In this document: piece after piece, positions 46,633-55,070 of the stretch
How the letters are laid out: each line of letters starts with the position of its first letter
How positions within the stretch are numbered: the first letter of the stretch is position 1
Assembly (NCBI GenBank): GCA_963682005.1
Contig: OY820914.1
Span: forward strand, 4,505,706-4,569,705
Direction of reading: 5' to 3'
Length of the DNA stretch: 64,000 nucleotides
Origin: Bacteroidales bacterium
Lineage (GTDB): Bacteria > Bacteroidota > Bacteroidia > Bacteroidales > FEN-979
Notes under the pieces: generated by a model
Databases searched by the model: none
Told to the model about the DNA's origin: nothing
The model's input: only the letters and a program-made list of their open reading frames with translations
Made by a program: the position numbers and the translations under genes

Positions 46633-47922
46633 ATGAAAAACCGGGTACTCTTACTCATTTTTACACTCCTTTTTTCCCATTGTTCTGAAGATCATTCGAA
46701 AAAGACCCGGGAAAAACAATTGAACAAGGCAAATAACCTTTTCTCTCCACCACAAAAAAAGTCTGAGTCTTTAAAAGACATAAAACCATTCACACCGCAG
46801 GAAACCACATCCGTTCAAAATGCAAAGAAGCACAGGCGGCAACTTACCAGGAGATCTTCCCTGTCCATGCCGGTCAAACAGCGCACCGCAGACTCCCTCT
46901 TTCTGCAACGCTTACAGCGCTTACGCGCAGAAGATATTGAGCTCGACCTGAACGAACCGAAAAGTAAAGAGTATCTGTTCTCTCCTGTTGAAAACGGAAC
47001 CTTCCAGTCGATGATCACATTAAGCAAGGAGAGGCTTTTGTGCATTAATTTCGACAACGACATCATGAACAATACCGACAGGTTCTACACCAACGGCATC
47101 CGGTTCGATTTCATCAGCCCTGTCATCCAGGCTTTCCCGTTAAGCTACCTGATGGTTCCGTACTGGAGGAGCGGAATAAACTATTATGGCATTTCCCTTG
47201 TCCAGAACATGTACACACCCTCAACCACTAAAGCAGGAGGCATCCTGGAAGGCGACCGACCTTATGCAGCGTACCTGTACCTGGGCACTTTCAAGATATC
47301 CAATGATCAAAAAAACAATTTCCGCCAGACGAGTGAATTTGATCTTGGAATTATAGGTCCATCCTCATTCGGGGATTTTGTGCAGAAATCCTTTCACAAC
47401 AGCGTGCCTACGAATTCAGAGCCGCTTGGTTGGGAGTACCAGATCCGGAATGATGTCATTCTTAATTACGATGTCGTTCTTGAAAAGGGCCTCATCAACC
47501 GCAGGAATATTGAACTTAATGTCTCGGGATCAGGATGCCTCGGAACGCTCTACACCAATGTCAGCGGTGGATTTACATTCAGGGCAGGCCTGGTAAATCC
47601 CTACTTTGCAAATCTCGGGATCTCAAAACGATCGACACTCACCCAACGCAAATTGCATCTGACCCAGTTCCTTTTTTATGCAAAACCAACTATAAGGTTG
47701 GTCGGCTATGATGCAACCCTCCAGGGAGGACTTTTCAATCAAACCAGTCCGATCACCATTCCTTCAGGAGATATCCAGCGGGTCGTTTTTGAAGGATCCG
47801 CAGGACTGACCTTCACATATTGCGGTATAGGGATCAGTCTTGAGCAGTTTCTCCTCAGCCCGGAATTTCACAACGGATGGTGGCATAAATGGGTGCACAT
47901 CTCCTTCCTTTTCTCCATGTAA
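46633..47922 (+). CDS. Lipid A deacylase LpxR-family (DUF2219) protein with an N-terminal extension of about 130 aa
   Basis: INFDNDIMNNTDRFYTNGIRFDFISP is the LpxR-family signature, followed by a beta-barrel-like sequence. The preceding basic/Ser-rich 130 aa are not part of the family core. Confidence 0.65.
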   Translation: MKNRVLLLIFTLLFSHCSEDHSKKTREKQLNKANNLFSPPQKKSESLKDIKPFTPQETTSVQNAKKHRRQLTRRSSLSMPVKQRTADSLFLQRLQRLRAEDIELDLNEPKSKEYLFSPVENGTFQSMITLSKERLLCINFDNDIMNNTDRFYTNGIRFDFISPVIQAFPLSYLMVPYWRSGINYYGISLVQNMYTPSTTKAGGILEGDRPYAAYLYLGTFKISNDQKNNFRQTSEFDLGIIGPSSFGDFVQKSFHNSVPTNSEPLGWEYQIRNDVILNYDVVLEKGLINRRNIELNVSGSGCLGTLYTNVSGGFTFRAGLVNPYFANLGISKRSTLTQRKLHLTQFLFYAKPTIRLVGYDATLQGGLFNQTSPITIPSGDIQRVVFEGSAGLTFTYCGIGISLEQFLLSPEFHNGWWHKWVHISFLFSM

Positions 47923-47984
47923 TGTTGATAAATAAATCTGGCGAAATTCTCCTGTTCCACCTGAATTAATCCTACTTTTGACCG

Positions 47985-49550
47985 ATGGAAGAATCAACCC
48001 AAAACATAAATGATCAGTCGTCTCCCAGAAGGGGTGATTTTACTGATTCCCAGAAGAATTTCAAGAAAAGAGCGAGAAAACCGGGGATCAGTGACCTTTT
48101 CCAGGAACATGGCAAGATACCTCCTCAGGCTCTTGACCTCGAGGAAGCTGTTCTTGGTGCAATGATGCTGGAAAAGGACAAGCTTGCTGCAGTCATTGAG
48201 CTTCTTCAGCCGGAAGTTTTTTACAAGACGGAACATCAGTTGATTTTCGGTGCGATCCACAGGTTATTCGGGCAGGTAAAACCCGTCGATATTCTTACCG
48301 TGACGGAAGAATTGCGTCAATCCGGTGAGCTGGAACTTGTTGGCGGCCCCTATTTCATCGCAATGCTGACGAACAGGGTCGCTTCATCTGCCAACATTGA
48401 ATTTCATACCCGCATCATTCTACAAAAGTATATCCAGCGTGAACTGATCAGGATCTCTTCAGAAGTAATAAAAGATGCCTATGAGGATACGACGGATGTA
48501 TTTGATCTGCTTGACAAAGCAGAAGGCAATCTTTTCGCCGTCAGTGAGACAAGCCTGAGGAGAAATGTTCGTTCGATGCAATCCCTTGTAAAGGAAGCCG
48601 TAGCTGAAATTACCGCCGGAATGCAACATGAAGGCCACCTTCGTGGAGTGGGATCTGGTTTTACTGAGATCGACCGCGTTACAGCAGGCTGGCAGAAATC
48701 CGACCTCATTATCCTTGCTTCCAGGCCAGGGATGGGAAAAACCGCTTTTGCCCTTACCATGGCACGAAATGTTGCCGTAGATTTTAAAAAGCCTGTAGCC
48801 GTATTCTCACTCGAAATGTCGGCTGTACAGCTTGTAATGCGCCTGATCTCAAGTGAAACGGAAATCTCTGCCGAGAAACTGAAACGCGGCACCCTTGCAG
48901 ATTATGAATGGGAACAGTTGAATTCAAGGATCTCCGGGCTGATCGATGCCCCGTTGTACATCGATGACACGCCTGCCTTGACCGTATTTGAACTGCGCGC
49001 AAAAAGTCGGCGTTTAAAAGCACAACATAATATTGAGCTCATCATTCTCGATTATCTCCAGCTCATGCAGGGAACATCAGAACATAAAGGAAACCGGGAA
49101 CAGGAGATCAGCAATATTTCAAGGTCGTTGAAGAGCCTTGCCAAGGAGCTTGACATACCAATTATCGCAATATCCCAGCTCAGCCGTGAGGTAGAAAAAC
49201 GTATCGTGAAAAAACCAATCCTCTCCGACCTTAGAGAATCCGGGTCCATCGAGCAGGATGCTGATATGGTCATATTCATTTACCGGCCGGAATACTATAA
49301 AGTTGACGACGAAACGTACGGTTCCTCCACCGAAGGTGTGGCTGAGATCAGCATCGCAAAGAACAGGAATGGGGCCACCAAAGATGTCCGCCTGAAATTC
49401 CTTGCCCGGTTTGCAAAGTTCACCGATGCGGATGTAAATTTCGCAACTCCGGATACTTTTTCACCAAGTCCATCGTTTGAAAATCCGATGAGGACCAAAA
49501 CGGTCATGTCAAAGATGGATGATGATGAACGTCATGAGCACGCATTCTAA
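47985..49550 (+). CDS. dnaB: Replicative DNA helicase DnaB
   Basis: IPPQALDLEEAVLGAMM, DLIILASRPGMGKTAFAL (Walker A), LIILDYLQLM (Walker B), ISQLSREVEKR, LRESGSIEQDADMV. No intein. Confidence 0.95.
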   Translation: MEESTQNINDQSSPRRGDFTDSQKNFKKRARKPGISDLFQEHGKIPPQALDLEEAVLGAMMLEKDKLAAVIELLQPEVFYKTEHQLIFGAIHRLFGQVKPVDILTVTEELRQSGELELVGGPYFIAMLTNRVASSANIEFHTRIILQKYIQRELIRISSEVIKDAYEDTTDVFDLLDKAEGNLFAVSETSLRRNVRSMQSLVKEAVAEITAGMQHEGHLRGVGSGFTEIDRVTAGWQKSDLIILASRPGMGKTAFALTMARNVAVDFKKPVAVFSLEMSAVQLVMRLISSETEISAEKLKRGTLADYEWEQLNSRISGLIDAPLYIDDTPALTVFELRAKSRRLKAQHNIELIILDYLQLMQGTSEHKGNREQEISNISRSLKSLAKELDIPIIAISQLSREVEKRIVKKPILSDLRESGSIEQDADMVIFIYRPEYYKVDDETYGSSTEGVAEISIAKNRNGATKDVRLKFLARFAKFTDADVNFATPDTFSPSPSFENPMRTKTVMSKMDDDERHEHAF

Positions 49551-50814
49551 GCATTTCGGATTAAGTTTCATTTTTTTCCTGCTTGTCTTCATGGGAACAA
49601 CCCGGGGTGCATACATCCTTATTCCCATGGATGACAGTCAGAAAAATCACCTGAAAGCATACGGAATAGCTTACTGGACCCTCAGGAAAGACATTGAGGT
49701 GGATTGGCTTCTGAACTACCGCGGTGGAAGTTTCCTTTTCCAGTATGCGAAAGCGCTCGAATCCGAGTGTGCCATAAGGGGGGTAACATTCGAGGTTATA
49801 GCAGATGCACAGGCCACTGCTATTTATTCCGAGATCGCTGATCCTCAGATCAATATGGAGACGATCAAATTGCATAAACCTCCGAAAATAGCCGTCTATT
49901 CACCTAAAAACAAGCTGCCGTGGGATGATGCCGTCACCCTGGTGCTCACTTATGCTGAAATCCCTTATGATGTAATTTATGATGAAGAGATCATCGCAGG
50001 GGTATTGCCCATGTACGATTGGCTGCACCTTCATCACGAGGATTTTACGGGCCAGTACGGTAGGTTCTGGGCTGCATATAAAAATTATGCCTGGTACCAG
50101 GATGATGTAAGGATCAATGAGGAGATTGCCGCAAAGCTTGGCTTTTCAAAGGTTTCACAGTTAAAACTTGGCGTTGCAAAAAAAATCAGGGAATTCGTAG
50201 CCGGCGGTGGTTACATGTTTGCTATGTGCTCCGCTCCTGACAGTTATGATATTTCGCTTGCCGCCGACGGAATTGATATTTGCGATGTGATGTTCGATGG
50301 TGATCCTCCGGATCCAGGGGCCCAGTCAAAACTGAATTTCAATAATTGTTTCGCATTCGAGAATTTCACCATCAGCATGAACCCTTATGAATACAAAAAA
50401 TCCAACATCGATGTAACAGAAACAAGGCCAAGATCCCTGAATCAGACCAATGATTTCTTTACGCTGTTTGATTTCTCCGCCAAATGGGATCCTATACCCA
50501 GCATGCTATGCCAGGATCACGAGAAAGTTATCAAAGGATTTATGGGTCAGACGACTGCCTTCAATGAGAAATATGTAAAGTCAACCACCCTGATCATGGG
50601 TGAGAATAAAGCATACAATGAAGCCCGGTATGTACATGGTGAGTATGGGAAAGGAACATGGACATTTTACGGGGGTCATGATCCGGAAGATTATCAGCAT
50701 CTGGTTGGTGACCCTCCTACTGACCTGAGTCTTCATCCAAATTCTCCCGGGTACCGGCTCATCCTGAATAATGTTCTGTTTCCAGCTGCTAAAAAAGAGA
50801 AGAGAAAAACCTGA
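49519..50814 (+). CDS. Conserved secreted protein of unknown function (possible class-I glutamine-amidotransferase-like fold)
   Basis: Signal peptide (LSFIFFLLVFMGTTRGA), then ILIPMDDSQKNHLKAYGIAYW, KIAVYSPKN, GGGYMFAMCSAPD (nucleophile-elbow-like). The start may be 49534. It overlaps the dnaB 3' end. Confidence 0.55.
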   Translation: MMMNVMSTHSKHFGLSFIFFLLVFMGTTRGAYILIPMDDSQKNHLKAYGIAYWTLRKDIEVDWLLNYRGGSFLFQYAKALESECAIRGVTFEVIADAQATAIYSEIADPQINMETIKLHKPPKIAVYSPKNKLPWDDAVTLVLTYAEIPYDVIYDEEIIAGVLPMYDWLHLHHEDFTGQYGRFWAAYKNYAWYQDDVRINEEIAAKLGFSKVSQLKLGVAKKIREFVAGGGYMFAMCSAPDSYDISLAADGIDICDVMFDGDPPDPGAQSKLNFNNCFAFENFTISMNPYEYKKSNIDVTETRPRSLNQTNDFFTLFDFSAKWDPIPSMLCQDHEKVIKGFMGQTTAFNEKYVKSTTLIMGENKAYNEARYVHGEYGKGTWTFYGGHDPEDYQHLVGDPPTDLSLHPNSPGYRLILNNVLFPAAKKEKRKT

Positions 50815-50826
50815 CAGGTGTGTACG

Positions 50827-51654
50827 TCAATTTCTCTGTGCCTGGAAACTGATCAATCTTGAATATATTGTTCCCGCAAAATTATAGTTGACGTGATTTT
50901 TACAATTATCGGCAATGATAAAATCTATAGAACCATACTGAAGTTCCGGATTATTGAAAGAAAAATGGACCAGTCCGGAATAAATCCAGGGACAATTCAA
51001 CGTACTGACGAGGGTATCCAGTGTTCCACTGAATGAATATCCATTTGATGATGTCCCCGCAGTTGTTCCTTTCTGGTATATGATCACCTGGCCGGGATAG
51101 TTCAGATCACTCCGGTTGGTTTCGAACGTGCAGGCAGCCGACCACTGTATGCTGTTATTTTGCTGGAGTTCTTTCCAAACCACACCATCCCTGAAGAAAC
51201 CCTGAAACACCAGCTTATTTCCATTGCTGTCTGAAATGTTGACAATACTATCCGTTCCGAATATGGCCATACCATCCTCTGAATAGTTATTGAAAGAAAT
51301 GATAGTCACTGAACCAGGCACCAGGAATCCACTGGTGAATTCCGCCGTGAATGTTCCTGCTCTGACAACGCTGTCATTGCAGTGGTTATAAGAATAATCG
51401 AACGTGAATTGTCGATCTGTTTCATTGTAGCGAACCACAGCCATGTCAATCGTATCAATGTGTTCCTGTAACAGCGCCGAATCAGCCGATGCTTTTAACA
51501 CCATTTTATAGACATACTGATTAATTCCTTCAATAATAACAATGTCATTGGCAACATTCAGGATTGGCTTGAGATCAACTGAAGAGTTCTTCTGACATCC
51601 GAAACAGAAGGTCGTGATCACCGTGAGAGCGATCAGGTAATGACCGGTTTTCAT
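50827..51654 (-). CDS. Hypothetical lipoprotein
   Basis: The internal Met at 51654 gives MKTGHYLIALTVITTFCFGC (signal plus lipobox) and removes the overlap with folA. It is the last gene of the thyA-folA string. Confidence 0.55.
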   Translation of the reverse strand: MKTGHYLIALTVITTFCFGCQKNSSVDLKPILNVANDIVIIEGINQYVYKMVLKASADSALLQEHIDTIDMAVVRYNETDRQFTFDYSYNHCNDSVVRAGTFTAEFTSGFLVPGSVTIISFNNYSEDGMAIFGTDSIVNISDSNGNKLVFQGFFRDGVVWKELQQNNSIQWSAACTFETNRSDLNYPGQVIIYQKGTTAGTSSNGYSFSGTLDTLVSTLNCPWIYSGLVHFSFNNPELQYGSIDFIIADNCKNHVNYNFAGTIYSRLISFQAQRN

Positions 51655-51661
51655 CCTTTCT

Positions 51662-52183
51662 TCAGCTTTCATTCTTCCGTTGTGCATTTGGAAGGCTGAC
51701 TTTCCGATCATAGACACAGAAGGTGGACGAAAAGTCATTCTTCCCATCCGGGACCCCTTCCTCCTTTAAACCAAGGTTCCATTCTTCATAATCGATCTCA
51801 GGGAAAAACACATCCCCCTCAAAATCCTTGTGAACGATGGTAAGGTATAGCCGGTTACTGAGCGGCAGAAATTGCGTGTAAACCGATGCGCCTCCGATGA
51901 TGAAGATTTCTTCTTCAGGATCACAAGATGCCAGTGCCGCTTCAACAGAATTGACCGTCAAACATCCTTCAAAATGATCGAGTGGATCATCGGTAATAAC
52001 GATACTCCTTCTTTTTGACAGCGGTCTTACCGGAAGGGATAAATAGGTGCGCTTCCCCATTATTATGGTATGCCCGACTGTCAGTCTCCTGAACCTTTTA
52101 AGGTCTTCAGGAATATGCCAGAGAAGGTCATTATGCTTACCTATCGCGCCATTCTGAGCAATTGCAACAATGATTGATATCAT
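51662..52183 (-). CDS. folA: Dihydrofolate reductase
   Basis: MISIIVAIAQNGAIGKHNDLLWHIPEDLKRFRRLTVGHTIIMGKRTY, IIGGASVY. Confidence 0.9.
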   Translation of the reverse strand: MISIIVAIAQNGAIGKHNDLLWHIPEDLKRFRRLTVGHTIIMGKRTYLSLPVRPLSKRRSIVITDDPLDHFEGCLTVNSVEAALASCDPEEEIFIIGGASVYTQFLPLSNRLYLTIVHKDFEGDVFFPEIDYEEWNLGLKEEGVPDGKNDFSSTFCVYDRKVSLPNAQRKNES

Positions 52184-52197
52184 CTGATCTCGAACTA

Positions 52198-52992
52198 TTA
52201 AACTGAAATTTCACCTTTAATATGCGGATGCGCCTGGTAACCCCGGAGCTGAAAATCACTGAATGTAAAATCATCGATCGATTTTATTTCAGGATTTATG
52301 ATCATTTCAGGCAAAGGGTAAGGAGTTCTCGAAAGCTGAAGGTTGACCTGGTCAATGTGATTCAGGTAAATATGGGCATCTCCGAGGGTATGTACAAATT
52401 CGCCAGGCTGGTAACCGGTAACTTGTGCCATCATCATCGTAAGCAATGCATATGAAGCAATATTGAACGGCACGCCAAGGAATATGTCGCAGCTTCGCTG
52501 GTACATCTGGCATGAAAGCTTATCTCCCGCGACATAAAACTGAAAAAGCAAATGACACGGAGGCAACGCCATTTCACTGAGTTGACCAACATTCCATGCG
52601 CTTACAATATGACGACGTGAATCGGGATTCTCCCTGATCGATTTGACAGCACCGGCGATCTGATCGATAAAAGTCCCATGATTTGATGGCCATGAACGCC
52701 ACTGATATCCATAAACCGGCCCTAATTCACCATCAGGACGGACCCATTCGTCCCAGATCGTAACACCGTTATCATGCAGGTACTTTATATTTGTGCTGCC
52801 TTTCAGGAACCATAGTAATTCATGGATGATCGATTTCAGGTGCATCTTTTTCGTAGTGAGTAGCGGAAATCCCTCCCGGAGGTCGAATCTCATCTGGTAG
52901 CCAAAGACACTGATGGTACCTGTACCTGTTCTGTCGGCCTTCCTGAAGCCGGTTTTCATCACATGATCGAGAAGATCCAGGTATTGATGCAT
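52198..52992 (-). CDS. thyA: Thymidylate synthase
   Basis: [30 protein letters not shown] (catalytic Cys), [16 protein letters not shown]. Length 264 aa. Confidence 0.95.
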   Translation of the reverse strand: MHQYLDLLDHVMKTGFRKADRTGTGTISVFGYQMRFDLREGFPLLTTKKMHLKSIIHELLWFLKGSTNIKYLHDNGVTIWDEWVRPDGELGPVYGYQWRSWPSNHGTFIDQIAGAVKSIRENPDSRRHIVSAWNVGQLSEMALPPCHLLFQFYVAGDKLSCQMYQRSCDIFLGVPFNIASYALLTMMMAQVTGYQPGEFVHTLGDAHIYLNHIDQVNLQLSRTPYPLPEMIINPEIKSIDDFTFSDFQLRGYQAHPHIKGEISV

Positions 52993-53062
52993 AATAAGTG
53001 ATGCGTTGATGTGTTATTGAAACAATTTACCGACAAAGACTAAACCAGTGACTATAAATACA

Positions 53063-54304
53063 TTAGTGATGAGATTCTTTTAATGCCTGGGGGTCGTGCT
53101 TATATTGAAAAACGATCGGGAAAATTATTCCAAGCACAAGCGTATAGGCAGAGAATGTGAGCCAGATGCTCGGCCAGTTTTTTATTCCGTCAATTGTAAA
53201 AATATCGACTACCCAGCCACTCAGAACTCCTCCAAGGAATGCTCCAAAACCATTGGTCATCAGCATAAATAAGCCCTGGGCACTTGCCCTGATTTTTACT
53301 TCAGCTTCCTTTTCAACAAACAAGGAACCGGATATATTAAAGAAATCAAAAGCCATTCCATAAATAATCATCGATAAAATAAGTAATATGAGACCATTTC
53401 CGGGGTTTCCAACGGCAAACAATCCGAAACGAAAGACCCAGGCAAAGATGCTCATCAGCATCACCTTCTTTATGCCGAATCTGAGCAGGAAAAATGGGAT
53501 GGTAAGAATGAACAATGTTTCGGAAATCTGTGAGACTGACATCAGCAAAATCGGATGTTCGACAGCAAAATAGCCTGAATATGTGCTTTTGAAATCGGAA
53601 AGAAAAGAACTCCCGAATGTATTGGTTATTTGTAATGCAGCTCCCAGGAACATAGCAAATATGAAAAAAATCGCCATCCTTTTCCTTTTGAACAAAACAA
53701 AAGCTTCAAGGCCAAGTGTGGAGATCCAGTTCTGTTTAATGTTTGACTTTACAGGACGGCAGGGAGGGATCGTGAAGGCATACAAGCCTAAGGAAAACGA
53801 AACAATTGAACTGAAGACAAGCTGGAACGAGCTCAAAGTCCATCCACTGAGATCTATCAACCACATGGCACAAATAAATCCAATGGTTCCCCATACACGT
53901 ATAGGTGGAAACGCTTTGACGACGATAAACCCTTTCTGTTCGAGGACATTATACGACACGGTATTATTCAGGGCAATTGTCGGCATGTACGCCATTGCAT
54001 TCAACAACATAATCCAGTACAACAGATCAGGATCTGTAACTGTGGATGCCCAGAATAATAAAATTGAACCGGCAATGTGGCACATCCCCAATACCCTTTC
54101 GGCGTTTACCCATCTGTCGGCTACAATCCCTAATAATGCAGGCATGAAGAGTGAGGCTAATCCCATGGTAGCGTAAATACTCCCTACCAATCCACCGGAT
54201 AATTTCAAGGTAATGCTCATATAGGCCCCAAGCGAAATAAGCCAGGAACCCCAGACAAAAAATTGCAAAAAGTTCAGCAGGATAAGGCGTTGTTTAATCC
54301 CCAT
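53063..54304 (-). CDS. nupG: Nucleoside:H+ symporter (NupG/XapB-like MFS)
   Basis: RLILLNFLQFFVWGSWLISLGAYM, GIVADRWVNAERVLG. 413 aa, 12 TM helices. Confidence 0.75.
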   Translation of the reverse strand: MGIKQRLILLNFLQFFVWGSWLISLGAYMSITLKLSGGLVGSIYATMGLASLFMPALLGIVADRWVNAERVLGMCHIAGSILLFWASTVTDPDLLYWIMLLNAMAYMPTIALNNTVSYNVLEQKGFIVVKAFPPIRVWGTIGFICAMWLIDLSGWTLSSFQLVFSSIVSFSLGLYAFTIPPCRPVKSNIKQNWISTLGLEAFVLFKRKRMAIFFIFAMFLGAALQITNTFGSSFLSDFKSTYSGYFAVEHPILLMSVSQISETLFILTIPFFLLRFGIKKVMLMSIFAWVFRFGLFAVGNPGNGLILLILSMIIYGMAFDFFNISGSLFVEKEAEVKIRASAQGLFMLMTNGFGAFLGGVLSGWVVDIFTIDGIKNWPSIWLTFSAYTLVLGIIFPIVFQYKHDPQALKESHH

Positions 54305-54346
54305 AAAAGTTATGTTAACAGTTGAAACAAATGAGTGAAAGAAAAT

Positions 54347-54955
54347 TTATTTCCGTTTTTTTAATTCATCACGTATCCGGGAGGCTTTTTCATACTCTTC
54401 ATTTTCGACGGCAGATTGGAGCATTTCTTTCAATTCAGCCGTTGAATACTCTGAATATTCAATATCTTCTGTTCTTTGTACCAGTTCATTTTCCTCCCTT
54501 GAAGATTTTGAGGATTCTGTTTCTTCTTCCATGATAATACCGGCAGAGACCATAATGCTCTCATAGGTGAATACAGGACAATTGAACCGGAGGGATAGTG
54601 CGATTGCATCAGAGGTGCGGGAATCTATCTCAATTTCTCTTTCCCCGTCATTACAGATAAGTACAGCGTAGAAAACGCCTTCACTAAATTTATTGATGAT
54701 GACTTCGGTAAGACGAATATTAAAGGCTTCTGCGAAAGATTTGAACAAATCATGGGTGAGTGGTCTCGGTGTTCGGATCTTTTCAAGTTCTATGGCAATT
54801 GCCTGTGCTTCAAATCCGCCAATGATGATCGGCAACCTCCGTTTCCCGTCCCGCTCACCAAGGATCAATGCATAAGCTCCGCTCTGCGACTGGCTGTAGG
54901 ACATTCCTATAATATCAAGCCTGATCTTTTCCATTCCTTCATTCATGTTTCCCAA
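54347..54955 (-). CDS. Bifunctional nuclease (DUF151/BFN) with a C-terminal UVR motif
   Basis: IIGMSYSQSQSGAYALILGERDGKRRLPIIIGGFEAQAIAIELE, THDLF, and a C-terminal EEYEKASRIRDELKKR. Confidence 0.8.
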   Translation of the reverse strand: MGNMNEGMEKIRLDIIGMSYSQSQSGAYALILGERDGKRRLPIIIGGFEAQAIAIELEKIRTPRPLTHDLFKSFAEAFNIRLTEVIINKFSEGVFYAVLICNDGEREIEIDSRTSDAIALSLRFNCPVFTYESIMVSAGIIMEEETESSKSSREENELVQRTEDIEYSEYSTAELKEMLQSAVENEEYEKASRIRDELKKRK

Positions 54956-55031
54956 TTACAAACCTACGTGAATTTTCTTAAACTAAGACCTGCTTGTCTA
55001 AAAAAATCTGATTATGTTTGAAAAAACTTGC

Positions 55032-55039
55032 TATTTTTG
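55032..55039 (+). promoter_or_regulatory. -7 promoter box for the pyrophosphatase gene
   Basis: TATTTTTG lies inside the track's 55014-start ORF and 32 nt upstream of ATG 55071. This supports the shorter start. Confidence 0.4.
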
Positions 55040-55070
55040 CAATCAATCTAATCAACTTAAATATGTAAAT

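Noticed and set aside
55014-55070. The upstream start (55014) for the pyrophosphatase, and by analogy the TTG starts at 9636 (bTHX), 22317 (gyrB), 45185 (PNP) and 58094 (regulator).
   Set aside because: For hppA and bTHX, the -7 promoter box lies inside the extended ORF. For all five genes, the downstream ATG gives an N-terminus that matches the family (MKKTISLL signal, MGKGDKK, MNDIEKE, MLEKIKE).
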